From NCBI GenBank assembly GCA_964345045.1, contig CAYFPM010000001.1, positions 236,215 through 300,214 on the forward strand: DNA of 64,000 nt, read 5' to 3'. Position numbers and translations under genes: made by a program. Shown here piece after piece: positions 54,587-64,000 of this stretch. Origin of the DNA: an uncultured Gammaproteobacteria bacterium (lineage in GTDB: Bacteria > Patescibacteriota > Patescibacteriia > Magasanikbacterales > UBA922). The first letter of the stretch is position 1. Each line of letters opens with the position of its first letter. The notes under the pieces were generated by a model. That model saw only the letters and a list, made by a program, of their open reading frames with translations. It did not search any database and had not been told where the DNA came from.

Positions 54587-55093
54587 ATGACTAAGGAACA
54601 AGGAACAAAAAATCAGCCTTCGGCTGATCACCCGGAGGATAACAAAGAAAATGAACAAGCTTGTGAAAAGTGTGGAGAGTACAAAGCTGGTTGGCAAAGA
54701 GCCCAAGCTGATTATAAAAATTTGGTAAAGGAAGTAGAAAACAACAGGAGTGAATTGGTCAAGCTAAGTGAAAGACAGATTCTGGAAGATTTTATACCGG
54801 TATATGATAATTTTAAAAAAGCCTTTGCCATGGAACAAGGAACAATGAGCAAGGAACAAGAAAATTGGACAGCAGGGATTGGGTTTATAAAAAAACAATT
54901 CGGTGATATTTTGAAAAATTATAATGTGGAAGAGATTAAAACTGTAGGTGGAAAATTTGATCCGGAGTTGCACGAGGCTTTGAGCGAAGAAGAATCAGAT
55001 CAAGAGCCTGGAACTATTTTAAAAGAAATGGATAGTGGATATATAAAAGATGGCAAGGTGATAAAAGCGGCGAAGGTGATAGTAAGTAAATAA
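54587..55093 (+). CDS. grpE: Nucleotide exchange factor GrpE
   Basis: A coiled-coil N-part. ILEDFIPVYDNFKKAF ... and the C-terminal beta domain with GKVIKAAKV. Confidence 0.88.
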   Translation: MTKEQGTKNQPSADHPEDNKENEQACEKCGEYKAGWQRAQADYKNLVKEVENNRSELVKLSERQILEDFIPVYDNFKKAFAMEQGTMSKEQENWTAGIGFIKKQFGDILKNYNVEEIKTVGGKFDPELHEALSEEESDQEPGTILKEMDSGYIKDGKVIKAAKVIVSK

Positions 55094-55140
55094 ATTAAAA
55101 AGTAATTTAGTAAGAGTTTAATCGAATATTTATAAAATTT

Positions 55141-55878
55141 ATGGATTTTTCCAAGTTAAAGAATTTAAAACTAAAAGCAGGCGAATTACCAGATCCCTTT
55201 CTTGATTTGGTCAGGAGTGAAAGTGGGATGCATAAATTTTCAGTTTTTGTTTATTACACCAGTATGGTTGTGTTGATAGTTATAGCGGTCTATAATTTTT
55301 TTACTGGTAGAGATTATTCTAATTTGATCATGCCTGGTTTGGTTTTTTTGGCAGCGTATTTTGGTGGTCAACTCACTTTGCGTAGAGCTTACAAAAAAGG
55401 AGAAGACCTACTAACAAAGGACTCTAAAATTGTTTTAGCGTCTATTGTGCAGGCAAATAATAAATTATTTTCTGCGCCAGAGTATGGAGAATATCCAGCT
55501 GTGGTAGTTTATTCGATGTCTGAGGAAAGGCGTTTTGACGAAGAATGGCTAACAAAAACAGCCGATAAAATATTTGATATAAGAAATAAAAAACCTGAGA
55601 CCAAAGGTGAAAAATATATTTATAGTAAACTTAATGACGAACATAGCTTTTTCAAAAATGAAAAAGTTCCAATAGATGTGATACCTGAAGCAGAAACGTA
55701 TTGGAGTGTAGAATTGATATTTGCTTCAGATTTGTCTAGGTCTTTCTTTTTTGATGATAGAAAGATAATACCCTATATAGCAAAAACCAGACAAGACGAA
55801 GACAAAACTGGTTATGAGCCACATTTGTGGGAGATCGTGCCAAAAGCTTTGTGGCCTGGACAGCATGATGTGAAATAG
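55141..55878 (+). CDS. Hypothetical membrane protein in the heat-shock cluster
   Basis: Two N-terminal TM helices. No recognised domain. Confidence 0.55.
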   Translation: MDFSKLKNLKLKAGELPDPFLDLVRSESGMHKFSVFVYYTSMVVLIVIAVYNFFTGRDYSNLIMPGLVFLAAYFGGQLTLRRAYKKGEDLLTKDSKIVLASIVQANNKLFSAPEYGEYPAVVVYSMSEERRFDEEWLTKTADKIFDIRNKKPETKGEKYIYSKLNDEHSFFKNEKVPIDVIPEAETYWSVELIFASDLSRSFFFDDRKIIPYIAKTRQDEDKTGYEPHLWEIVPKALWPGQHDVK

Positions 55879-55900
55879 GTTTAATTAATAATTAACAAAA

Positions 55901-55972
55901 AGTCATCCTGAGCGTAAGCGAAGGATCTCAGTGGAAGTCCGAAGAGATCCTTCGCTTACGCTCAGGATGACT
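55901..55972. repeat. Hairpin repeat family F1, copy 3 (perfect 29-bp stem)
   Basis: agtcatcctgagcgtaagcgaaggatctc agtggaagtccgaag agatccttcgcttacgctcaggatgact. Confidence 0.8.
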
Positions 55973-56019
55973 GCACTACTAATTAACTAATAATCTAATC
56001 AACTAATAAATTAATATAT

Positions 56020-57948
56020 ATGAGTAAAATTCTCGGAATTGACCTAGGTACTACCAACTCTGCAATGGCTATTACAGAAGGTGGTCAACCAAAAGTACTA
56101 GAAAACAAAGAGGGAAACAGAACCACTCCATCTATGGTGGCTGTGGGCAAATCTGGCGAAAGATTGGTAGGGCAACTAGCCAAGCGCCAAGCGGTAACCA
56201 ACCCCAAGAATACTTTGTATTCTGTAAAACGTCTTATTGGTCGCAAGGCCAATGACAAAGAAGTGGATTTGGTAAAAGAACATGTCCCATTTGAGGTAGT
56301 CCCAGATGGCGACAGAGTAAAAGTAAAAATGAACGATAAAGATTATACTGCTCCGGAAATATCGGCTATGGTTTTGCAAAAACTAAAAGCAGATGCCGAA
56401 GAAAAAACTGGTGAAAAAATCACTCAAGCTGTAATTACAGTACCAGCTTACTTCGATGATTCTCAACGCCAGGCTACCAAACATGCCGGTGAAATTGCCG
56501 GGCTAGAAGTGCTTCGTGTAATCAACGAACCAACTGCGGCTGCTTTTGCCTACGGATTTGATAAAAAAGATGACCAACAAATTGTAGTATACGATTTGGG
56601 TGGTGGTACTTTTGATGTGTCTGTACTAGATATTTCTCACGATGCCGAAGACGGCCACTCTACTGTAGAAGTAAAAGCTACCAATGGAGACACTCACTTG
56701 GGTGGAGACGACTTTGATAAAAAGATTATCGAGTGGATCTTAGAAGAGTTTAAAAAGAGCGAAGGGGTAGACCTAAGTTCTGATCCACTATCACTCCAAC
56801 GTGTAAAAGACGCTGCCGAAAAAGCTAAGATAGAATTGTCTAGTACTCCGGAAAGTGAAATTAATGAACCATTTATTACCAGCACAGCTGACGGTCCAAA
56901 ACATTTGAATATAAAACTATCTCGCGCCAAGATGGAAGAGCTAGTAGGCGAGCTAGTAGAAAAAACCATGGGCCCAGTGAAAAAAGCGATTGAAGACGCT
57001 GGGATGAGTAAAGGAGACATTGACGAAGTAATTATGGTAGGTGGCATGACTCGTATGCCACTAGTACAAAAAAAGGTAGAAGAATTTTTTGGCAAAAAGC
57101 CAAATGCTAGTGTAAACCCAGACGAAGTCGTATCTATCGGAGCGGCTATCCAAGCTGGTCAGTTGCAAGGTGACCTGGGCAAAGATATTTTGCTACTAGA
57201 CGTAACTCCACTTTCACTAGGTATCGAAATCATGGGAGGAGTTTGTACCAAACTGATTGAAAGAAACACCACTATTCCAACTAGCAAATCTCAGGTGTTT
57301 TCTACTGCTGCAGATAGTCAACCTAGCGTAGAGATTCATGTACTACAAGGTGAACGTGAGATGGCTGCCGACAATAAATCTCTTGGTAGATTTATGCTAG
57401 ACGGTATCCCACCAGCTCCACGTGGTGTACCACAGATCGAAGTTAAATTCGATATCGATGCCAATGGTATTGTAAATGTATCTGCCAAAGACAAAGGCAC
57501 TGGCAAAGAACAATCTATTCGGATTGAAGCCAGCAGTGGACTAAGCGAAGACGAAATTGAAAAAATGAAAAAAGACGCCGAAGCCCATGCCGACGAAGAC
57601 AAGAAAAAACGCGAAATGATTGATGTAAAAAATACTGCCGACACCATGATTTATACTACGGAAAAAATGATGAAAGATGTAGAAGAGAAAAAGATTGAAG
57701 TTACTGATGAAGAAAAGAAAAAAGTAGAAGATGGCCTAGCCGCTATAAAAGCTGCTTTGGAAAAAGAAGATATAGAAGAAATTAAAAAGACTTCTGAAGA
57801 GCTTTCTAAAGATGCTCAGGCTGTGGGTATGAAACTTTATCAATCTGAGCAGGCTGCTTCGCAGCAAGGTGGTGAAGAACCAAAGGCTGAAGAAAAAGGT
57901 GAAGATGGTTCTGTAGAGGGAGAAGTGGTTGATGAAGATAAACAATAA
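56020..57948 (+). CDS. dnaK: Molecular chaperone DnaK (Hsp70)
   Basis: [12 protein letters not shown]...[12 protein letters not shown]...[15 protein letters not shown] are the canonical Hsp70 motifs. Confidence 0.97.
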   Translation: MSKILGIDLGTTNSAMAITEGGQPKVLENKEGNRTTPSMVAVGKSGERLVGQLAKRQAVTNPKNTLYSVKRLIGRKANDKEVDLVKEHVPFEVVPDGDRVKVKMNDKDYTAPEISAMVLQKLKADAEEKTGEKITQAVITVPAYFDDSQRQATKHAGEIAGLEVLRVINEPTAAAFAYGFDKKDDQQIVVYDLGGGTFDVSVLDISHDAEDGHSTVEVKATNGDTHLGGDDFDKKIIEWILEEFKKSEGVDLSSDPLSLQRVKDAAEKAKIELSSTPESEINEPFITSTADGPKHLNIKLSRAKMEELVGELVEKTMGPVKKAIEDAGMSKGDIDEVIMVGGMTRMPLVQKKVEEFFGKKPNASVNPDEVVSIGAAIQAGQLQGDLGKDILLLDVTPLSLGIEIMGGVCTKLIERNTTIPTSKSQVFSTAADSQPSVEIHVLQGEREMAADNKSLGRFMLDGIPPAPRGVPQIEVKFDIDANGIVNVSAKDKGTGKEQSIRIEASSGLSEDEIEKMKKDAEAHADEDKKKREMIDVKNTADTMIYTTEKMMKDVEEKKIEVTDEEKKKVEDGLAAIKAALEKEDIEEIKKTSEELSKDAQAVGMKLYQSEQAASQQGGEEPKAEEKGEDGSVEGEVVDEDKQ

Positions 57949-58010
57949 TTTTGTTTATAAAGGCAAGTAGGGTAGAATAAGCTCTACTTGCTTTAATTAA
58001 ATATAAATTT

Positions 58011-58352
58011 ATGTCTTATTACCTAAGATGTTCCAACTGCGGTGCTTATACAAATAACCGAAGCTGATTCCCAAATGATTCATCTGAAAAAATTTGTCCC
58101 AAATGTTATTTGAGTTTTGAAAAAGATACTTTGGTAGAGGGATTTGGTAAATTTGGTAATTTATTAGACGAAGGTGATGATCCAAACAAAGAAAAATTAA
58201 GAATGGCAAAAAAAGCAATGGAGCGTGCTTTTGATTTGGGAGCAGAATGGGTAGAAAAAGATGGTACTCCTATAACAGATGAAAAATACCTTGAACTTTT
58301 GGCAGAGATGAAAATAGAAAGAGGTGAAGGGGGGCCTGGGGTAAAAAAATAA
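58011..58352 (+). pseudogene. Zinc-ribbon plus acidic small protein ORF interrupted by one in-frame TGA
   Basis: MSYYLRCSNCGAYTNNRS, then TGA at 58065-58067, then FPNDSSEKICPKCYLSFEKDTLVEGF...GEGGPGVKK in the same frame. The stop falls between the CxxC and CPKC halves. Confidence 0.4.
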
Positions 58353-58511
58353 TGATTTAAACTAACATAGAAAGTTCTCCCTCCTGATAGGAGGGAGGCA
58401 GAGGGAGGTCTCTATCTAGCTTAAGACCTCACCCCTGCCTACCGGCAGGCAGGCTGCCTCTCTCCTAGAAGGAGAGGGGACTTGTTAAAAAAGTAAATTA
58501 TATAAAAAGTC
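58353..58511. repeat. GC-rich multi-hairpin intergenic block, related to family F2
   Basis: ctccctcc tgat aggagggag, cctgcc tacc ggcagg, cctctctcc taga aggagagg. Confidence 0.4.
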
Positions 58512-59606
58512 ATGTCCAAAGATTATTACAAAACTCTCGGTGTGGAGAAAAGCGCTAGTGCCGACAAAATCAAAAAAGCTTTTCGTAAATTAGCTCACAA
58601 ATACCACCCAGACAAAAAAGATGGAGACGAAGAAAAGTTCAAAGAAGTGAACGAGGCTTTTCAGGTATTAGGAGACGAAGACAAACGCAAACAATACGAC
58701 CAATTTGGCTCTGACTTTGCTCAGCAAGGTGGATTTGGTGGGGGAGCTGGTTGGGAAGATTTTATGCGAGCAGCCAGGGGTCAAGGCGGTGGCGGTATGC
58801 ACTTTGACTTTGGAGGTATGGATTTTGGAGATATTTTTGGCGGTATGTTTGGTGGAGGTGGCGGTAGACGCAGACAACGCAGAGGAAACGATGTACAGGT
58901 AAATGTAAAATTAGATTTTAAAGAAGCAGTCTTTGGAGTAGAGCGAGAAATAAAACTAAACAAACAAAATGAATGTGATGTTTGTAAAGGAGATGGCAAC
59001 GAGCCAGGCAGCAGCATGAAAAAATGTGATGACTGTGATGGCCAAGGCAAAGTAAGACGAGTGCAACAAACCATACTAGGCCCTATGGAAACGGTAAACT
59101 ACTGTGCAGCTTGTGATGGCCAGGGAGAAACTGCCGAGAAAAAATGTAAGCACTGTAGTGGTGCTGGTAGTGTAAAAAGTGAATCTGTTTACAAAGTAAA
59201 AATTCCCGCTGGTATAGACAATGGCGAAACCATTCGCTTAACAGGCAAAGGAGAAAGTGGGGGAGCTGGGTCGCAAGCAGGGGACCTGTATGTTGTGGTA
59301 CATGTAGATAGCGACAAAAACTTTGTACGCGATGGTTATGATGTACACACAGATTTGCACATTACCTATCCACAAGCTGTGCTTGGCGATACGATTGAAA
59401 TAGAAACTCTAGATGGTAGAAAAAAGCTAGTAGTGCCAAGTGGTACCCAGTCTCACCAAAAAATTAGGCTAAAAGGTCTAGGGATTCCACATTTGCGAGG
59501 TGGTAGTAGGGGGAGTCAGTATGTAAAAGTAATAGTAGATGTACCAAAGAAAGCTGGTAGAAAGATGAAGAAGATTTTGGAAGAATTGAGTGAAGAATTA
59601 AATTAA
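58512..59606 (+). CDS. dnaJ: Chaperone DnaJ
   Basis: The J-domain with HPD in KYHPDKK. A G/F region. Four CxxCxGxG repeats. Confidence 0.95.
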   Translation: MSKDYYKTLGVEKSASADKIKKAFRKLAHKYHPDKKDGDEEKFKEVNEAFQVLGDEDKRKQYDQFGSDFAQQGGFGGGAGWEDFMRAARGQGGGGMHFDFGGMDFGDIFGGMFGGGGGRRRQRRGNDVQVNVKLDFKEAVFGVEREIKLNKQNECDVCKGDGNEPGSSMKKCDDCDGQGKVRRVQQTILGPMETVNYCAACDGQGETAEKKCKHCSGAGSVKSESVYKVKIPAGIDNGETIRLTGKGESGGAGSQAGDLYVVVHVDSDKNFVRDGYDVHTDLHITYPQAVLGDTIEIETLDGRKKLVVPSGTQSHQKIRLKGLGIPHLRGGSRGSQYVKVIVDVPKKAGRKMKKILEELSEELN

Positions 59607-59635
59607 ATTTATAAAAATTCCCATATAGGGAATTT

Positions 59636-60061
59636 TTATTTACATATTATTTCTTCTTTATTCGAAGGTTTAAGCTCCCCATCATAATTCATTTTTAAAT
59701 TAAGCTCATAGCATTTTCTAATTACTCCAATACACTGTGTACTGGGGCTTCTTAATTTTGTTTTTTCTATACCTAAACAAGTACAATCTTTTGTTTGCAC
59801 ATATTCACTTCCAGCGAAATATTTGCAAGTTTTCCCTGGTACGAAATTTATAACAATATTTGGTAAGAGTATTATAAATAATATAGGATATATTACTGTC
59901 CTGGTTTTCCCTTTAAAAATAAGCACAATAGAAAGTGCTATGTGAGCTAGGTATGTTGCGCCAAGGATTAGTATATTAAAATAAAAAAATACAAAAATGT
60001 AAAAATATATTAAAGAACCTAGACCAGTAATATATACCGATCTTAAAAGGTTAATAAACAT
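59636..60061 (-). CDS. Hypothetical membrane protein with Cys-rich C-terminal tail
   Basis: Three hydrophobic helices and the C-terminus CKYF..CTC..C..C..C. Confidence 0.45.
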   Translation of the reverse strand: MFINLLRSVYITGLGSLIYFYIFVFFYFNILILGATYLAHIALSIVLIFKGKTRTVIYPILFIILLPNIVINFVPGKTCKYFAGSEYVQTKDCTCLGIEKTKLRSPSTQCIGVIRKCYELNLKMNYDGELKPSNKEEIICK

Positions 60062-60089
60062 TTTTTATTATTTTTCTTCATCTGTTGAG

Positions 60090-60926
60090 TTACTTTTTTT
60101 TGTTATAAATAATATTATCGCAATTTTTACACTCTACATTTAATTTTTTTGTATTTAGGGTAGTCGCTACAAAAATTGCTTTTGGCAAAGCTTTGGAAAG
60201 TACAAAAACTTCTTTGGCTGATTTTAGATTATTTATTTTGAATTTGTTAGTTTTACTACATTTTGAACAATAAAAAACTGTAGTAGTATCGCTATTTAGC
60301 AAAGATAATTTCATTTCTTCCAAAGAAAACCAAGTAAAGATAAAAAACATCAAAAGGGCCGCTATCCCAATTAAGAAAGAAATTTCTAGTACCAAATAAT
60401 TGTCTTGTTGGGCTCTTTTTGACAAAGCTGTATAAACAATAAAAATAACAGGTAAAGAAAGTGCAAAAATATATGCTACCAAAGCAATCGCTCCCTTGTA
60501 ACGCAATTTTCTAAAAAGATTTTCAACTTCTATGTCTGGGATTACAGTTTGATAATCTTCTCCAAAATTTTGGAATTCTGGATATTTTTTCTTTACTCTT
60601 TGCTTTATTCCTTCTCTGTAACGATAAGATGCATAAAATATAGACACAAATAACCAAGCAAAAAACGTTAGTAAAAAAAGATATTTAAATTGCCACCAAA
60701 TAGACGCAATTAATAATATAAAAAAAGGCAAAATCAAGAAACCATTAACGCGAGCGTACAGAACTGATCTCTCGTTTTGTTCTTTTTTACCAAGTTTTTT
60801 GTAGGGCAAAGGATTTACTTTTTTAGCATAAAAGTACGAAGCAAATGGGATTGCTATTACGACCAAAACAAAAAGTATACTAAAAATAGTATCTTGTATT
60901 TGGTGATTTAGTATCTCTGCAAGCAT
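60090..60926 (-). CDS. Hypothetical multi-TM protein with C-terminal zinc-ribbon-like CxxC...CxxC
   Basis: TM helices throughout. The tail is YCSKCSK...ECKNCDN. Confidence 0.55.
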   Translation of the reverse strand: MLAEILNHQIQDTIFSILFVLVVIAIPFASYFYAKKVNPLPYKKLGKKEQNERSVLYARVNGFLILPFFILLIASIWWQFKYLFLLTFFAWLFVSIFYASYRYREGIKQRVKKKYPEFQNFGEDYQTVIPDIEVENLFRKLRYKGAIALVAYIFALSLPVIFIVYTALSKRAQQDNYLVLEISFLIGIAALLMFFIFTWFSLEEMKLSLLNSDTTTVFYCSKCSKTNKFKINNLKSAKEVFVLSKALPKAIFVATTLNTKKLNVECKNCDNIIYNKKK

Positions 60927-60928
60927 GC

Positions 60929-61330
60929 TTACTTTTGGTTATCAAGTACTTTGTTCACTTCAGCATCGGCCTCTTTGTTACCTTCGCGCAAAGTGTGTTT
61001 GATAGTTACTTTTTTAAAATTTTGCAGTTCGTTCCAAGCTTGTAAAAAAAGTTTTTGAATACTAGGTTCTTTTACCTTCCAATTTCTGTTTAGCTGCTCT
61101 ACTACCAGTTTGCTGTCAGAGATACACTCTACCTCGTCGGCACCCAAATTTTTAGCTTTTTTGAGACCAGATATTATGGCAGAATATTCGGCAAAGTTGT
61201 TGGTAGCAATATCAAGATACTCACCATAGTTGGCCAGTACTTTTCCAGATTCGTCTTTGATAACCACGCCAGTAGCAGCCGGACCAGGGTTACCACGCGA
61301 ACCTCCGTCTGTGTAGATGAATAGTTTCAT
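60929..61330 (-). CDS. rnhA: Ribonuclease HI
   Basis: IYTDGGSRGNPGPAATGVVI ... and the conserved C-terminal segment LREGNKEADAEVNK. Confidence 0.9.
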   Translation of the reverse strand: MKLFIYTDGGSRGNPGPAATGVVIKDESGKVLANYGEYLDIATNNFAEYSAIISGLKKAKNLGADEVECISDSKLVVEQLNRNWKVKEPSIQKLFLQAWNELQNFKKVTIKHTLREGNKEADAEVNKVLDNQK

Positions 61331-61351
61331 ATTTTTTAGGCAGTAGGGTAT

Positions 61352-61399
61352 AGGCAGTAGGCAATAGAGTGTTTCTAGTTACTATTGCCTCCTGCCTAC
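61352..61399. terminator. Long hairpin (17-bp stem) after recJ, sharing the GGCAGGAGGCA motif with the four-helix-bundle cassette repeats
   Basis: taggcagtaggcaatag agtgtttctagttac tattgcctcctgcctac, preceded by the tandem aggcagtagg gtat aggcagtagg. Confidence 0.55.
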
Positions 61400-63162
61400 T
61401 CACTCTTTTTAAGATCCACAATCGTCAATTGCAATTCTCTATTTCCATTCCATTCGTTTACACCAATTTCAAAAACTATATCAATAATATCGTTTTCTTG
61501 CAAAAGTTCGCACCAGTTTGGGTCGCTACCCGCGCACAGGCTCCAGCCAACAGCTTTTTTAATTAGTCCTTTTTTACTCTGGAGCATTAGCTTGATATGC
61601 TTGGCTCCAGCGCCAATCGCTTCTACGCTCAAAACTTTCAAACCAGTGCTCATGTATTTTGGCTTAGGGTTGGCTTGGCCAAATGGGGCAAATTTATCTA
61701 GAACATCATATAGTTCCCAATTGACTTCGCTAAGGTCGAGCTCGGCATCTATTTTTATTTTTGGGCTAGTATCTATATCTTTTGTTTTGGCTTCAAATTT
61801 TTCAATCAGTTTGGCTTTCATTTCGTCTACCTTGTCTTCGCTGGCCAGAGTAAAACCACAGGCCATGGGGTGGCCACCAAATTTGCTAAACATTTGGGGC
61901 ATTTCTTGCAAGCTCTCTATTAGACTAAAGCCTTCTATACTGCGACCAGAACCAGTTACTTCGCCATTATTAATAGCCATTACAATGGTAGGCTTTTGGT
62001 ACTTTTCTTTGAGTCTTCCAGAAACTAGGCCCACAATGCCAGTAGACCATTCCTTTCCAACTACAAATAGAACTGGATTATTAAGCTGGTTTTCTTCGAC
62101 TTGTTTTATTCCTTCGGCTACCAGTTCTTCGGTTAGAGTTCTTCTGTCGTTGTTGTTTTGCTCTAGCTCGTAGGCTAGGTCTACAGCATCTGTACCAACT
62201 TTGGAAACAAGTAGTTTGTAAGCCACATTGGCATGGTTCATACGGCCAGCGGCATTGATGCGAGGAGCAATTTGAAAACCAATAGTATCTTCGGAAACAT
62301 TTCTTTTAAAACTACCATCTTCTTGCATTAGGCCAGATTCTAGAAAAAGTTTTTTCATGCCAAGTCTTCTAGATTTTTCTAGCACTATCAAACCATATTT
62401 GGTAAGAGTTCTAGATTCTCCCAAGAGTGGCACCATATCGGCTACACTAGCAATAGCTGCCATATCTAGCTGCCACTTTTCAAACGCTTCGTGACTTTCA
62501 CCATTGGGTAGTTTTTCATTGCTCTTTTTATGTTTTCTTAGTATGGCCTGCATTAGTTTAAAAGCCACTGCTCCACCAGCCAAACTTTTGTCTGGGTAAG
62601 GTTCGGATTCAATCTTGGGGTGGACTATGGCGTAGGCATTGGGGATTTTGGCTGGTATAGAGTGATGATCAGTAATAATTACATCTAATCCCAGCTCATT
62701 GGCGAGTTCTACTTCTTCGTAATTGCTAATGCCACAGTCACAAGTAATGACTAATTTGGTATTTTCATTGTGAAAAGTTTGGATATTTTTTTTGTTTAGA
62801 CCATAGCCATCTACTTCTCTGTGGGGTAGAAAAATATCAAAATTTTCATAATTGAGTGCACGAAATAGAGAAGTAAGGATAACAGCTGCCGAAACTCCAT
62901 CGGCATCGTAATCTCCATAGACCACGATTCTTTCATTTTTTTCCATAGCTTCAAAAATCCTATCTACAGTTTTTTCCATATCTTGAAAGAGGTACGGATC
63001 GTGGATGTCGGTAGAGTAGTCTGGATTGAGAAATTCATCTACTTGTTCTTGGGTATGTAGATTTCGGTGAAATAATAAACTGGCCACCACAGGTGGGAGG
63101 TCTGGGAAATTATTTATAAATTCTTGGCTTGGTTCGGACAATAGTTGCCAGGTTTTATTCAT
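61396..63162 (-). CDS. recJ: Single-stranded-DNA-specific exonuclease RecJ
   Basis: DHH family motifs VVYGDYDADGVSAAVIL and IITDHH. A C-terminal OB-like region. Confidence 0.9.
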   Translation of the reverse strand: MNKTWQLLSEPSQEFINNFPDLPPVVASLLFHRNLHTQEQVDEFLNPDYSTDIHDPYLFQDMEKTVDRIFEAMEKNERIVVYGDYDADGVSAAVILTSLFRALNYENFDIFLPHREVDGYGLNKKNIQTFHNENTKLVITCDCGISNYEEVELANELGLDVIITDHHSIPAKIPNAYAIVHPKIESEPYPDKSLAGGAVAFKLMQAILRKHKKSNEKLPNGESHEAFEKWQLDMAAIASVADMVPLLGESRTLTKYGLIVLEKSRRLGMKKLFLESGLMQEDGSFKRNVSEDTIGFQIAPRINAAGRMNHANVAYKLLVSKVGTDAVDLAYELEQNNNDRRTLTEELVAEGIKQVEENQLNNPVLFVVGKEWSTGIVGLVSGRLKEKYQKPTIVMAINNGEVTGSGRSIEGFSLIESLQEMPQMFSKFGGHPMACGFTLASEDKVDEMKAKLIEKFEAKTKDIDTSPKIKIDAELDLSEVNWELYDVLDKFAPFGQANPKPKYMSTGLKVLSVEAIGAGAKHIKLMLQSKKGLIKKAVGWSLCAGSDPNWCELLQENDIIDIVFEIGVNEWNGNRELQLTIVDLKKSE

Positions 63163-63174
63163 AAGATTATTTAT

Positions 63175-63249
63175 GTGCGAATTACGAATATTGCGAATTT
63201 ACGAATTTTATTTTATTCGCATATTCGTGCGATTCGCAATTCGCACATT
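63175..63249. repeat. Palindromic TACGAAT/ATTCG array, family F3, copy B
   Basis: gtgcgaattacgaatattgcgaatttacgaatttta ttttattcgcatattcgtgcgattcgcaattcgcacat. Confidence 0.7.
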
Positions 63250-63636
63250 CTTAAAGCTCCAATAAGAGTCTGCTAAAAACAAACTAAATATTGCAAACAT
63301 TAGGTCTACCGAAAGAAGCTGTTCCATAGACCGAGGTTGTACATGCAGAGCTATTAGGGTTAGACCCAGCAATACCCAATGAGCAATAGGTCTTTTTAAA
63401 GGAGAAATTTTTTCGGAGGGCTTGATTTTTCGTCTGGTGTTGAAAGAGTATAGTATATAAAAAATCATCCAAGGCCAAAAGAAATACCATTGCCAAACTT
63501 GTTGTTCCAATGCAAATTCTTCCATGAGAAGTTGGTAAGGAATATAGATAAAAAATCCAAAAACAAAAAGAAGTATAACTTCTATTTGGTAACGATGGTG
63601 TGGTTGTAGAGCATGATGCTTGGTAAACCATTTCAT
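63208..63636 (-). CDS. Hypothetical membrane protein. Its C-terminal codons lie within the F3 repeat.
   Basis: Three hydrophobic helices. The last roughly 10 codons (…ANRTNMRIK) are encoded by the palindromic repeat. Confidence 0.45.
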   Translation of the reverse strand: MKWFTKHHALQPHHRYQIEVILLFVFGFFIYIPYQLLMEEFALEQQVWQWYFFWPWMIFYILYSFNTRRKIKPSEKISPLKRPIAHWVLLGLTLIALHVQPRSMEQLLSVDLMFAIFSLFLADSYWSFKNVRIANRTNMRIK

Positions 63637-63673
63637 AGTTAGTAGTGCATGACCAATAGTTCGTGGCCAAGTA

Positions 63674-64000
63674 TTATTTTTTTAATTTGGTTTCAAAAAG
63701 TATTTCACGGCAGGTACAAGGAAAACCTAAGTGACAAATAGCCAAACGATCAGCTGTGAATTTTATTGGTAATTTGTGTCCAGCCAAATTTCTACTATGG
63801 GTGGTAACATGTGGGTTGAAGATTTCAAAATTTTGATCAATCGTAAATCTGTTTATATAATCAAGATGTCTTTGCTCCATTATATCTTTATCCTCCTCAA
63901 AGATAGATTCTCTATCTGCATCGTGAGAATTGTAAGGTTCTATCGCTTCTACAATTTGTTCAAATAAATTTTTAAAATTTTCTTTTTTTGCACCAAGTCC
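63674..64000 (-). CDS. Hypothetical protein, 5'-partial (it continues beyond the window end)
   Basis: The frame is open from 64000 down to the stop at 63674: ...GLGAKKENFKNLFEQIVEAIEPYNSHDADRESIFEEDKDIMEQRHLDYINRF.... Confidence 0.45.
   Translation of the reverse strand, partial: GLGAKKENFKNLFEQIVEAIEPYNSHDADRESIFEEDKDIMEQRHLDYINRFTIDQNFEIFNPHVTTHSRNLAGHKLPIKFTADRLAICHLGFPCTCREILFETKLKK

Noticed and set aside
1-64000. Alternative genetic code (UGA read as Gly or Trp) for the whole window
   Set aside because: Long conserved genes (dnaK, recJ, glyQS, metK and others) are intact with the standard code. The only in-frame TGA noticed is at 58065.
1-64000. CRISPR array or cas genes
   Set aside because: No regularly spaced direct repeats and no Cas-like ORFs were seen. 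The repeats present are palindromic hairpin elements, not repeat-spacer arrays.

Overview
The window reads as a low-GC, compact bacterial chromosome segment of the Patescibacteria/CPR style. Supporting this: housekeeping genes (rplJ-rplL, mreB, frr, dtd, glyQS, tpiA, a liv ABC transporter, mutM, metK, uppP, cca, yidC, hrcA-grpE-dnaK-dnaJ, rnhA, recJ), many glycosyltransferases, a DUF4012 protein, and tRNA genes that do not encode CCA. Standard genetic code applies: long housekeeping ORFs are intact.

The most notable feature is at the left edge (1..~6150). It is a higher-GC integrated element with filamentous-phage (inovirus-like) gene content: a major-coat-like C-terminus, a large secreted adsorption-like protein, a small membrane protein, a Zot-like assembly ATPase, an ArdC-N-like ssDNA-binding protein, an HUH rolling-circle Rep and a large serine recombinase. 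The recombinase 3' end overlaps the 3' end of tRNA-Glu(TTC). Immediately beyond this tRNA sit a GIY-YIG nuclease gene and a 30-bp duplicate of the tRNA 5' end.

The backbone carries at least four families of palindromic/hairpin repeats. Two of them have copies inserted in-frame inside protein-coding genes (GT4 glycosyltransferase and uppP), reminiscent of Rickettsia palindromic elements.

Other observations: several GC-rich islands (an IR-flanked pseudo-receiver cassette, a methyltransferase next to tRNA-Val, ORF-free GC-rich segments); partial duplications of tRNA ends at four tRNA loci; a probable glyQS T-box leader; a CIRCE-like operator with a sigma70 promoter upstream of hrcA; a frameshifted GIY-YIG pseudogene; and a zinc-ribbon ORF between dnaK and dnaJ interrupted by an in-frame TGA.

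No CRISPR array and no rRNA were seen. All calls are from reading the sequence by eye; no searches were run.
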